From Campylobacteraceae bacterium (GTDB lineage: Bacteria; Campylobacterota; Campylobacteria; Campylobacterales; Sulfurospirillaceae): DNA of 45,174 nt. Made by a program: the position numbers and the translations under genes. Below, piece by piece: positions 8,870 through 17,619 of the stretch. The stretch is taken from contig JALUMZ010000055.1 of assembly GCA_027055635.1 (NCBI GenBank), forward strand, positions 1 through 45,174. The letters run 5' to 3'. Below the pieces are notes generated by a model, which made no database searches, had not been told where the DNA came from, and saw nothing but the letters and a program-made list of their open reading frames with translations. Every line of letters begins with the position of its first letter. The stretch's first letter is position 1.

Positions 8870-10553
8870 GATTAGATATAAATTTTTACTTATGGCTCTC
8901 TTGGGAGTTATGGCTATTGTTCTCATGTCTTTGCTTGCGCAAAATATTCTTGAAGATGGCTTAGAGAGAGTTAAAGATGTATTTAAGGACTCAAAAAAAG
9001 TTGAAAATATACAACATAAATACATAATTCCACTTTTTAAACTGAGAGAAGCTACACTCTCTTTGGTTGTAGCGCCAGATGGAGAGTACAAGAGAGATAT
9101 CGCAGTTAGCTTGACTCCTATGGTCGAAGAGCTAGATTACTCTTTTAGATCATTGAATGATAAATTGAGAAATATTTGGGAAAGCTATAAAGAGCTGATT
9201 TTTGTTAAAAATGGATATAAAAATTACAAAAGATTTGTTTACTCAGCTGATGGATATATAAAGCGAGGGTATAAAACAGGTGGTTTTATGCATACAAAAA
9301 GTGTGGAGAGAAAGCAATTTTATATATTGATTTCCAAACTAAAAAAACTCCAAGCGGCCCAACTTGAAAATTCATATAAGACCTTTCAAAATGCAAAAAG
9401 CAGTTTTTCAAAAAAGCAAAAAATTATAATCACAGGCGTTGTTGTAGTGATAGTACTGACTCTGCTTTTTGGCTTTTTGATAGCTAGAAGTATAGTTTTT
9501 TCTATGGAAAGTGTGCAACAGGGTTTGGGTAAATTTTTTGATCTCCTAGGTAGGAAGATAGATAAAGATGAGAGAATAAAAATAGAGTTAAAAAGTACAG
9601 ATGAATTTGGTGAAATGGCAAAAATGATAAATTCAAATATAGAAGTTTTGAGGGAAAAACTTAAAAAAGATATAGGGCTTATAGAAGATGCAACAAGTGT
9701 GGTTAGTGATTTAAAAAAAGGAGATTTAGATAGAAGATTGGTTGAAAATGCAAGCTCAAGTGAACTCAACAGACTAAAAGAGGTGATGAATAAAATGCTT
9801 GATGATCTTGAAAATAGAATTGTTTTAGAGATAGAAGAAAGAACGAAACAGGAGCAACTGCTTATACAGCAGAGCAAGTTGGCATCTATGGGAAATATGA
9901 TTGGCAATATAGCTCATCAATGGCGACAACCTCTTAGCGAAATTAATGCTGTTTTGATGAATATGCAAGTGAAGAAAGAGCATAATGATTTGAGTGATAA
10001 TGATTTTGAAGAGGGGGTGAAAGAGTGTGATGTGATATTGTCGCATATGTCAAATACAATCAGTGATTTTCAAAACTTTTTCAAGCCATCTAAGGAGAAA
10101 GTAAAATTTTCCTTGCAAGAAGAGTGCAGAAATGCCAGTTTTATTATCGAATCATCTTTAAAATATAACAATATAGCTTTTAATATTGATATAGAAGAGG
10201 ATTGTGATGTATTTGGATACCCGCGGGAGTTTTCACAGGCTGTACTTAATATACTCTCTAATGCAAAAGATATTTTAGTCAATAAAAAAATTACAAATCC
10301 TTATATAAAACTTGTTCTTAAGAGAGGTTCTAAATATGCCCTTGTGAAGATAGAAGATAATGCGGGAGGTATAAAAGAGGAGGTGTTTGATAGAATATTT
10401 GAGCCGTACTTTACAACAAAGCATGCAACACAAGGTACGGGGATAGGTTTGTATATGAGTAAAATTATTATTGAAGACAATATGCACGGATTTATTGATG
10501 TAAAAAATGGTGTGAATGGCGCTATATTTACAATAAAATTGATGAAAAATTAA
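8853..10553 (+). CDS. sensor histidine kinase with periplasmic four-helix-type domain and tandem HAMP region
   Basis: Two TM segments; H-box IAHQWRQPL; N-box NILSNAKD; DNAGGI; FEPYFTTK; GTGIGLY. Confidence 0.93.
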   Translation: MIKYLKIRYKFLLMALLGVMAIVLMSLLAQNILEDGLERVKDVFKDSKKVENIQHKYIIPLFKLREATLSLVVAPDGEYKRDIAVSLTPMVEELDYSFRSLNDKLRNIWESYKELIFVKNGYKNYKRFVYSADGYIKRGYKTGGFMHTKSVERKQFYILISKLKKLQAAQLENSYKTFQNAKSSFSKKQKIIITGVVVVIVLTLLFGFLIARSIVFSMESVQQGLGKFFDLLGRKIDKDERIKIELKSTDEFGEMAKMINSNIEVLREKLKKDIGLIEDATSVVSDLKKGDLDRRLVENASSSELNRLKEVMNKMLDDLENRIVLEIEERTKQEQLLIQQSKLASMGNMIGNIAHQWRQPLSEINAVLMNMQVKKEHNDLSDNDFEEGVKECDVILSHMSNTISDFQNFFKPSKEKVKFSLQEECRNASFIIESSLKYNNIAFNIDIEEDCDVFGYPREFSQAVLNILSNAKDILVNKKITNPYIKLVLKRGSKYALVKIEDNAGGIKEEVFDRIFEPYFTTKHATQGTGIGLYMSKIIIEDNMHGFIDVKNGVNGAIFTIKLMKN

Positions 10554-10823
10554 TAACTGACCTTACGCACTAAACACATATCTGAGCAAAAAGAGAAAGT
10601 GCCATATACGAGGCAGATTTTTGAAAGCCTAGCCAAAGCTAAGGTGAAAAAATCTAACGAAGCGGGATGATACTTTATCTTTTTGCCCAAAGGGTGGTAT
10701 AATTTGCTCACAATTGCGTCGTTAGTAAGATTTGAAGCTACTAGTAGCTCCTGTATCTTACTGCCTAGCACTTGAGAGCAACTTATACCACTCAGATATG
10801 TGTTTAGTGCGTAAGGTCAGTTA
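10554..10823. mobile_element. MITE-like non-autonomous element, 270 bp, with perfect 33-bp terminal inverted repeats
   Basis: TAACTGACCTTACGCACTAAACACATATCTGAG (10554-10586) is the exact reverse complement of 10791-10823; TA at both ends; no transposase; two internal hairpins (10587-10685, 10694-10791). Confidence 0.8.
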
Positions 10824-10891
10824 ATAAAAATAAAATATTTCTTTTATAAAAGATGTAAACAACTATAAAATATTACTTTTATATATAAAAA

Positions 10892-10900
10892 TGTTATAAT
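10892..10900 (+). promoter_or_regulatory. extended -10 promoter element for the MgtC/SapB gene
   Basis: TGTTATAAT with AT-rich upstream region; AGGAG RBS at 10916-10920. Confidence 0.65.
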
Positions 10901-10926
10901 GTCCTAAAATATATTAGGAGATTGTA

Positions 10927-12171
10927 TTGGAGTCAATATTAAACCAAGAGTGGGTCAAGATTATAATTGTTGTATTGGCAGGTTTTTTAATCGGTTTGGA
11001 TATTAAAACTCATAGGATTAAAAAAGATTCTGTTAGTGAGATAGGAAGCGTTAGGACCTATGCTTTTATAGCCCTACTTAGCTATGTGTTTGCAAAGATA
11101 AACCTATATCTCTATATGGTTGGATATATTGCCCTTTTAGCACACTTTTTACTGTTTTATTATAGTAAATTACAGAGTAAGAAAAGTGGTATTTTACTAT
11201 TTTTATTAACTTCACTTGTTTATACTTTCGGGATTATTATACTTAAATATGATGCATGGTTTTTGATTGTTGTATTTATAGCCATCGTATTTATATCAAA
11301 CCTGAACAAAAGACTAAAAAAATTCTATAAGATTTTTGATGAGAGAGAGGTTGAGACACTCGCAAAAGTTGTACTTTTAAGTGGTGTTATTTTGCCTCTA
11401 TTGCCAAGAACAAATATACACGAGTATATACCTGTATCATTTTTCAAAGTTTGGTTAGCGGTTGTTGTGGTCTCAATGTTTTCATACATAGGATATATAT
11501 TAAAAAAATATATTTTCAAGGAAAAAGGGTATTGGTTGACCGGAATCTTAGGAGGTATCTACTCAAGTACTGCTACAACGATAGTTTTGGCAAAGAAGGC
11601 TAGAACAAGCAAATCTTATGATCTATTTATATCTTCTATCATTATTGCTACGGCAGTTATGTATTTAAGATTGCTTGGAATTGCATTTGCTTTTAATCTG
11701 GATATTGCCGATAAGTTGGCTATCCCTTTTATACTCTTAGCGCTTTTAACCTCTTTTATTTCGATGTATTTTTACCACAGAGCTAGGAGAGATTTGAATT
11801 CTAGTTTAAATGAGGAGGAGGATCAAAATCCACTAGAACTCGGAACAGCATTTTTATTTGCATTTTTATTTATTTTTATGGCATCCCTTACACATATTGT
11901 TTTAAGTCGTTATGGAGACTTGGGTTTAAATATCTTATCATTTATAGTTGGGCTTACAGATATAGATCCTTTTGTGCTCTCTATACTGTCATCAAAGTTT
12001 AATGTCACCGCAGAAGCAGCTACTACGGCAATTCTTATTGCCGCAGGAAGCAACAATATCTTAAAAGCTATCTACTCTTATGTTTTTTCTAAAAACAAGA
12101 TAGGTGTTATCAGCGGAGTAATGCTTATAATTCTAGGTATTTTAACGATAGGGGCTGGATTTTTAGTGTAA
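10927..12171 (+). CDS. MgtC/SapB family membrane protein with DUF4010 domain
   Basis: GFLIGL...GSVRTYAFI (MgtC N-terminus), VILPLLP, GGIYSSTATT, NPLEL..A..FA, GLTDIDPF; TTG start. Confidence 0.88.
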   Translation: MESILNQEWVKIIIVVLAGFLIGLDIKTHRIKKDSVSEIGSVRTYAFIALLSYVFAKINLYLYMVGYIALLAHFLLFYYSKLQSKKSGILLFLLTSLVYTFGIIILKYDAWFLIVVFIAIVFISNLNKRLKKFYKIFDEREVETLAKVVLLSGVILPLLPRTNIHEYIPVSFFKVWLAVVVVSMFSYIGYILKKYIFKEKGYWLTGILGGIYSSTATTIVLAKKARTSKSYDLFISSIIIATAVMYLRLLGIAFAFNLDIADKLAIPFILLALLTSFISMYFYHRARRDLNSSLNEEEDQNPLELGTAFLFAFLFIFMASLTHIVLSRYGDLGLNILSFIVGLTDIDPFVLSILSSKFNVTAEAATTAILIAAGSNNILKAIYSYVFSKNKIGVISGVMLIILGILTIGAGFLV

Positions 12172-12180
12172 TAGCTACGA

Positions 12181-12199
12181 GAGGGGTATAAATCCCCTC
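12181..12199. terminator. hairpin between convergent genes (probable terminator)
   Basis: GAGGGG-TATAAAT-CCCCTC in the 36-bp gap between two convergent stop codons. Confidence 0.6.
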
Positions 12200-12207
12200 C
12201 TGTTTAG

Positions 12208-13236
12208 TTATAAATTTTCTTCTACCTTTATAAGCTCCGTTATGCCATTGTGCATATCTTGTACGCACTCTACTTCTGTGATTCCTAATCTTCTCTTGTT
12301 GCTTATGTCGTATATCCCCTCTTCGCTGCTAGAGTGTTCACCGTGTATGCCTCTTATCTGAAGATGGTGCTTGTTTGTGATAGATTTAAATAACTCCATG
12401 TTTTTACATAACTTTGGGAGAGATATATGTACACTTGCTCTCATAGCAGTCCCTAAGTTTGTGGGGCAACTTGTTATGTAGCCTAGATGCTCACTATATG
12501 CAAATTTCATCCTCTTTTCTAACTCTTTTATGGCCGATACAAGTCTTTCAAAGACCTCTTTTATATTTCCACCTTTTTGCATAGATATGACTCGAAGCTC
12601 ATCCTCTTCATTTATCCAGACTAAAAAAGTTTTTTCATTATTGTGATATATCCCTCTTCCGCTTGGCCAATCTCTGTTTAATCCAGCTGATTCTAAAAAC
12701 CTATCCCCCGCTTTAAATAAGAAGTGATCTTGCACTAGCGAGAGTCTATCTTCCTCATTCATACCAAGAAGCGGATAGTATCTACCCTCCAAGTTTCCAT
12801 CTAGTGACTCTAATGTGGTTGAGACTATCTTTTCAACTTCATATCTCTGCTCTTTTGAGATAGAAGTGCCTAGTGGAAAATCTGCTAAATTTCTACCAAC
12901 TCTTATTCTTGTGGATATTATGTATCTATTGCTAGGATCCGGATTTGAAGCATTTAATTCACTTGGATTAAGATTGCTTTTGTGTCTATCTTCTTTTGAA
13001 AAACCGTGATACTCTTCTATGATAGGGTCAAACAGTGGTGCAAATAGAGTATATGACTCTTCATCCCCTGCATATACACCTATACCGCTATCTGGGTTGT
13101 CAATGCCTGATTTTATAGCTTGCTCAATGGTAAAACCATTTTTTGTCTTTAAGCCTTTTAAGTTTTCAAAAACCTCTTTTGTGAGATATTTTGCCATCAA
13201 AGATTTGTGGTCTTTTGTAAAATTTGGATATGTCAT
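12208..13236 (-). CDS. arginine kinase (phosphagen kinase, ATP:guanido phosphotransferase) with N-terminal domain
   Basis: SLMAKYLT, DSGIGVYAGD, IIEEYH, STRIRVGRNL, DHFLFKAGDRFL, WPSGRGIYHN, WINEEDELR, CPTNLGT, RGIHGEH, YDISNKRRLG. Confidence 0.93.
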   Translation of the reverse strand: MTYPNFTKDHKSLMAKYLTKEVFENLKGLKTKNGFTIEQAIKSGIDNPDSGIGVYAGDEESYTLFAPLFDPIIEEYHGFSKEDRHKSNLNPSELNASNPDPSNRYIISTRIRVGRNLADFPLGTSISKEQRYEVEKIVSTTLESLDGNLEGRYYPLLGMNEEDRLSLVQDHFLFKAGDRFLESAGLNRDWPSGRGIYHNNEKTFLVWINEEDELRVISMQKGGNIKEVFERLVSAIKELEKRMKFAYSEHLGYITSCPTNLGTAMRASVHISLPKLCKNMELFKSITNKHHLQIRGIHGEHSSSEEGIYDISNKRRLGITEVECVQDMHNGITELIKVEENL

Positions 13237-13256
13237 TATAAACCTTCTTTTTAAAG

Positions 13257-13265
13257 ATTATAGCA
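13257..13265 (-). promoter_or_regulatory. extended -10 promoter element for arginine kinase
   Basis: ATTATAGCA on + is TGCTATAAT on -, about 20 nt upstream of the ATG; AGAAGG RBS between them. Confidence 0.65.
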
Positions 13266-13337
13266 TTATTTATAAAATATTTCTTTTTTAAAGATATAAT
13301 GAGTCAAAATTATTTATATAAAATATAGGAAAATAGA

Positions 13338-14654
13338 ATGATTAAAACAATTATGCCAATTACTGCTATTATTGGTTTGAGGTTTATGGGGTTGTTTATT
13401 GTATTGCCGGTATTGTCGGTATATGCACTTGGCTTAAAAGGTTCTAATGAATTTTTAGTTGGTGTTACTATTGGTGGCTATGCGCTAACGCAAATGTTAT
13501 TGCAGGTTCCTTTTGGTATGCTTTCAGATAAAATAGGCAGAAAAATAACTATAACCATAGGGCTGATTATCTTTATAATTGGCTCTATCATATGTGGGTT
13601 CAGTACCGATATATATACTCTTATGTTCGGCAGGTTTGTTCAAGGTGCCGGTGCTATAGGGGCAGTGGCAACTGCTATGATAAGCGACATGGTAAAAGAG
13701 GAAGTTAGGGCAAAAGCTATGGCTATCATGGGCGGAAGTATAGCGGCAAGTTTTGCACTTTCGATGATGATTGGACCTTTGGTGGGCGGTTATTGGGGAG
13801 TAGATAAACTCTTCTTTTTAGTAGCAATTTTTTCTGTATTGGCTATTATCGTTCTTTTTACAAAAGTTCAAAATCCACCAAAAATTGCACATAGTTATGA
13901 CAATAGCGAGAGAAGGCTTTTAGAGATTTTAGCCAACAAAGACTTGATGAAGATGAATATAACAAATATGCTTCAAAAAGGCATGATGACTCTAGCTTTT
14001 TTGATTATACCTATCTTGATGTCCAAAGAGTTTGGTTGGGAGAAAAAGGATTTGTGGATGGTCTATATGCCGGCTATGGTTTTTGGGATACTTGCGATGG
14101 GACCTTCTGCTATCATTGGTGAAAAGAGACATAAAGCAAAAGAGATGTTGATGTTAGGCATTATCTTATTTGCGATTAGTTATGCGATTATGGGATATGC
14201 GCACTCTGCAACTGTTTTTATAGTGGGAGTTGTTGTTTTCTTTATAGGTTTTAATATGCATGAACCTCTTATGCAATCTATGGCAAGTAAATATCCTAGA
14301 ATTCATCAAAAAGGTACGGCTCTTGGAATTTTTAATTCATTTGGATATATCGGGACATTTATAGGCGGTGTTTTTGGAGGATATTTTTTGCAAAATTATG
14401 GTATGCAAGAGATAGCAATAGTGATAATAATAGTAGCGTTTATATGGTTATTTTTAGTAGCTAGTATAACAAATCCAAGGATAAATAAAAATCTATATCT
14501 AAGTTTTGGAAATATAAATTTAGATAAAGCCCAGGATTTACATGATATAGACGGAGTCATTGAGTGGTATAAAAACGAGAGTGAGAGTATCTTGATCATC
14601 AAATACAATTCATTGGATACCAATAAAGAAGAGATAGAAAACTTTTTGCATTGA
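13338..14654 (+). CDS. MFS transporter (YajR-like, with small soluble C-terminal domain)
   Basis: LRFMGLFIVLPV, motif A GMLSDKIGRK, GRFVQGAGAIG; hydrophilic C-terminal tail. Confidence 0.9.
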   Translation: MIKTIMPITAIIGLRFMGLFIVLPVLSVYALGLKGSNEFLVGVTIGGYALTQMLLQVPFGMLSDKIGRKITITIGLIIFIIGSIICGFSTDIYTLMFGRFVQGAGAIGAVATAMISDMVKEEVRAKAMAIMGGSIAASFALSMMIGPLVGGYWGVDKLFFLVAIFSVLAIIVLFTKVQNPPKIAHSYDNSERRLLEILANKDLMKMNITNMLQKGMMTLAFLIIPILMSKEFGWEKKDLWMVYMPAMVFGILAMGPSAIIGEKRHKAKEMLMLGIILFAISYAIMGYAHSATVFIVGVVVFFIGFNMHEPLMQSMASKYPRIHQKGTALGIFNSFGYIGTFIGGVFGGYFLQNYGMQEIAIVIIIVAFIWLFLVASITNPRINKNLYLSFGNINLDKAQDLHDIDGVIEWYKNESESILIIKYNSLDTNKEEIENFLH

Positions 14655-14657
14655 TAT

Positions 14658-15080
14658 ATGATAATACTCTTTTTTGTTTGCCTCGGTGCTGCTACCCTTT
14701 TGCCGGGTGGTAGCGAGGCATATTTTCTATACAAGCTAGATCAAGCTCCAAATCTACTATATACATATCTAATTGTTGCTACACTTGGCAATACTATCGG
14801 ATCTTTTATAAACTACCTTTTAGGAAAATACTTAAGAGAGTTTGCAATTAAAAAATCATACTTTAAGCCAAGTTCAATTCACAGAGCAACAAGCTTTTTT
14901 AAAAAGTATGGGTTTGTATCTTTGCTACTGTCTTGGACACCTATCATAGGAGATCCTATCACTTTTGTAGCAGGAATTTTAAAATATAGTTGGTGGAAAT
15001 TTTTAATTTTTGTATTTATAGCAAAATTTATAAGATATATAGTAATTGCATGTTTATACAACTATTTTGCTATAATGTAG
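14658..15080 (+). CDS. YqaA family (DedA/VTT domain) membrane protein
   Basis: ATLLPGGSE, ATLGNTIGS..NY.LG, LLLSW.PIIGDP, KFIRY. Confidence 0.9.
   Translation: MIILFFVCLGAATLLPGGSEAYFLYKLDQAPNLLYTYLIVATLGNTIGSFINYLLGKYLREFAIKKSYFKPSSIHRATSFFKKYGFVSLLLSWTPIIGDPITFVAGILKYSWWKFLIFVFIAKFIRYIVIACLYNYFAIM
15068..15076 (+). promoter_or_regulatory. extended -10 element for pyrC, inside the 3' end of the YqaA gene
   Basis: TGCTATAAT 26 nt upstream of the pyrC ATG; TAGGA RBS between them. Confidence 0.55.
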
Positions 15081-15102
15081 TAAAACTAAATAGGAATCTT
15101 AT

Positions 15103-16110
15103 ATGCAAATCAAACTAAACTCGCCATTAGATATGCATCTACATCTAAGAGACAACAAGATGTTAGAAACTGTAGCCCCACTTAGTTCTTATAGTTTTGC
15201 AGGCGCTGTAATCATGCCAAATCTGGTGCCGCCTATTACGACTATTGAAGCTCTGCTTGAGTATAAAAAGAGGATAATAGACTCTACATGTAGAGATACC
15301 TTTGAGCCTCTTATGACACTTTTTTTTAAAGATGATTACAAGTATGAGTTTTTAAAGGAAGCAAAGAAGTATATCTTTGCACTTAAGCTTTATCCCTCAG
15401 GCATAACTACTAATTCTGAAGGTGGAGTAAGTAGTATGGATATAGAGAGTTTAAGAGAAACTTTTGAAGCCATGAGTGAGTTAGGTATTCCTCTGCTAGT
15501 CCATGGTGAGACAAATGGTTTTGTGATGGATAGAGAGAGGGAGTTTGGCTCTGTTTATGAGCAGTTTGCTAAAAATTTTCCAAAACTTAAAATAGTGATG
15601 GAGCATATCACAACAAAAGAGAGTGTGGACTTGCTTGATAGATTTGAGAATTTATATGCTACGATTACACTTCATCATCTATATATTACACTTGATGATG
15701 TAGCAGGAGGCATGTTAAAACCCCATCTTTTTTGCAAACCGATAGCAAAGAGACCCGAAGATAGAGAGGCTCTTTTAAGGGTTGCACTATCTGCTCATCC
15801 CAAAGTGATGTTTGGCAGTGATTCAGCACCCCATCCGGTTGATAAAAAAGAGAGTTGTGGTTGTGCAGCAGGCGTATTTACGGCTCCTATTGCTCTTCAA
15901 GCTTTGAGTCAACTATTTGAAAAACATAACTCTTTGGATAATCTTCAAGCATTTGTAAGCCAAAATGCAAAAAAAATATACAATCTAAACCCACCAAAAA
16001 AAGAGATTATACTAGAGAAAAAACCTTCAATAGTACCAAAATCGTATGGTGATGTTGTTCCAATGTTTGCAGATAAGGAACTTTCATGGAGTATTAAATT
16101 AGTGGAGTAA
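15103..16110 (+). CDS. pyrC: dihydroorotase (E. coli-type homodimeric class)
   Basis: [48 protein letters not shown]. Confidence 0.96.
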   Translation: MQIKLNSPLDMHLHLRDNKMLETVAPLSSYSFAGAVIMPNLVPPITTIEALLEYKKRIIDSTCRDTFEPLMTLFFKDDYKYEFLKEAKKYIFALKLYPSGITTNSEGGVSSMDIESLRETFEAMSELGIPLLVHGETNGFVMDREREFGSVYEQFAKNFPKLKIVMEHITTKESVDLLDRFENLYATITLHHLYITLDDVAGGMLKPHLFCKPIAKRPEDREALLRVALSAHPKVMFGSDSAPHPVDKKESCGCAAGVFTAPIALQALSQLFEKHNSLDNLQAFVSQNAKKIYNLNPPKKEIILEKKPSIVPKSYGDVVPMFADKELSWSIKLVE

Positions 16111-16114
16111 TAAA

Positions 16115-16774
16115 GTGTTTTATAAAATTTTAGTTTTAGAGGATAATGAGCTTTTGCTTGAAACTTTAGGAGAGTTTTTGACTGACAATGGATATAGCAC
16201 TTCTCTTGCCAGCAGAGGTAAAGATGCCCTGTATTTTACATATAAAGAAGATTTTGATCTCTTTTTGTTAGATGTTAAAGTTCCAGATATCAGTGGTTTT
16301 GAATTTTTAAAACAGATGAGAGATGCTGGGTGTAAAACTCCTGCTATTTTTTTAACTTCACTTAGAGACAAAGAGAGTTTAGCACAAGGCTTTGGCTTGG
16401 GAGGTGATGATTATATAAAAAAACCATTTGATTTAGATGAGCTTCTCTTTAGAATTCAAGCTGTTTTGGCAAGAAAAAATGAAGAAGAAGACGAGATAAA
16501 GATTTTTGATGATTTTTATATAAACAAAGAGAGAAAAAGAGTTTATAAAGCAGACAAAGAGTTAAGCCTAAATTTAAAGGATTATGAACTATTATGTCTA
16601 TTGATAGAAAATAGAGGCAAAGTTGTAACAATGGAGATGATAGTGGATAGATTATGGAAAAATGAGATTGCAAATATTGGCTCAATTAGAGTCTATATTA
16701 CAAATCTAAAAAAGATTTTTGGCAAAGACTCTATCTTTAATATTAGAGCGGTTGGATATAGGTTTGAAAAATAG
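16115..16774 (+). CDS. OmpR/PhoB-family response regulator
   Basis: LVLEDN, LLDVKVP, FLTS, DDYIKKPF; winged-helix tail IRVYITNLKK...AVGYRF; GTG start. Confidence 0.92.
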   Translation: MFYKILVLEDNELLLETLGEFLTDNGYSTSLASRGKDALYFTYKEDFDLFLLDVKVPDISGFEFLKQMRDAGCKTPAIFLTSLRDKESLAQGFGLGGDDYIKKPFDLDELLFRIQAVLARKNEEEDEIKIFDDFYINKERKRVYKADKELSLNLKDYELLCLLIENRGKVVTMEMIVDRLWKNEIANIGSIRVYITNLKKIFGKDSIFNIRAVGYRFEK

Positions 16775-17615
16775 TGAAAAAAAGCTTTTATATCTGAATA
16801 CCTTTTTTATATCTATCTTTGCCATTTTTATATTTTTTGCCGGTTTTTTGCTAGAAAAAATATCCTTAAATCTGAGTGTAAAACAGATCATAGTGTTTAT
16901 ATCTATACTTGTTATTATAACTCTTAGTTACTATTTGTCAAGCTATTTTTTGGGAAAATCTTTTAGGACAAACTATCTTCTAAACCTTCTACTAAAAGAT
17001 ACACTGCATGAGTTAAACATCCCACTCTCTGTCATTAAAGCAAATACGCAAATGCTAATGCTGTCTGAAAAAGATGATAAGAAGATACACAAATACAAAA
17101 GGATACAAAAGGCTAGTGATGAACTTTATGCTCTATATGAAGATGTCGATTACTACATCAAAAAAGAGACAAAAAATGAGGTAAGAGAAGAGTTTGAATT
17201 GTCACAGTTTTTATATCAAGAAGTGGAAAAATTCAAGATATTATACCCTGATACAGATATAAATTTTAAAATAGAGCCGATAAATGTATATGTGGACAAA
17301 AGAGGATTTTTAAAAGTTTTTAACAATATTTTATCGAATTCAATAAAATATAATCAAAATAATAATGATATCCATGTTTATTTAAGATATAATAGTTTAA
17401 TTATAGAAGATAGCGGTATAGGAATGAGTGAATCTGAACTCTTTTTGATCTTTGATAGATACTATCAAGGTACAAAAAGTAAAGAGGGATATGGCATAGG
17501 GTTGAGTATAGTTAAAGCATTTTGTGATGAATACAATATAACCATAAATATAGACTCTAGTCTGCAGGTTGGTACTAAAGTTAGCTTGGATTTAACATCG
17601 ATTATAAAAGGGTGA
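16764..17615 (+). CDS. sensor histidine kinase with two TM helices and no periplasmic domain
   Basis: LHELNIPL H-box, NILSNSIKYN, EDSGIG, IFDRYYQ, GYGIGL. TTG 16764 is the likely start; the ORF-track start at 16719 overlaps the regulator by 56 nt. Confidence 0.88.
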   Translation: MKNSEKKLLYLNTFFISIFAIFIFFAGFLLEKISLNLSVKQIIVFISILVIITLSYYLSSYFLGKSFRTNYLLNLLLKDTLHELNIPLSVIKANTQMLMLSEKDDKKIHKYKRIQKASDELYALYEDVDYYIKKETKNEVREEFELSQFLYQEVEKFKILYPDTDINFKIEPINVYVDKRGFLKVFNNILSNSIKYNQNNNDIHVYLRYNSLIIEDSGIGMSESELFLIFDRYYQGTKSKEGYGIGLSIVKAFCDEYNITINIDSSLQVGTKVSLDLTSIIKG

Positions 17616-17619
17616 TTAT

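Noticed and set aside
10550-10771. 73-aa minus-strand ORF in the ORF track
   Set aside because: It lies inside the inverted-repeat element, has no RBS and no transposase motif; most likely a chance frame.
12208-13236. McsB protein-arginine kinase interpretation
   Set aside because: The phosphagen-kinase N-terminal domain and free-arginine specificity residues are present, and no ctsR/mcsA/clpC neighbours are seen.
16719-16763. ORF-track start of the second histidine kinase
   Set aside because: It would overlap the regulator by 56 nt; TTG 16764 gives a typical short overlap.
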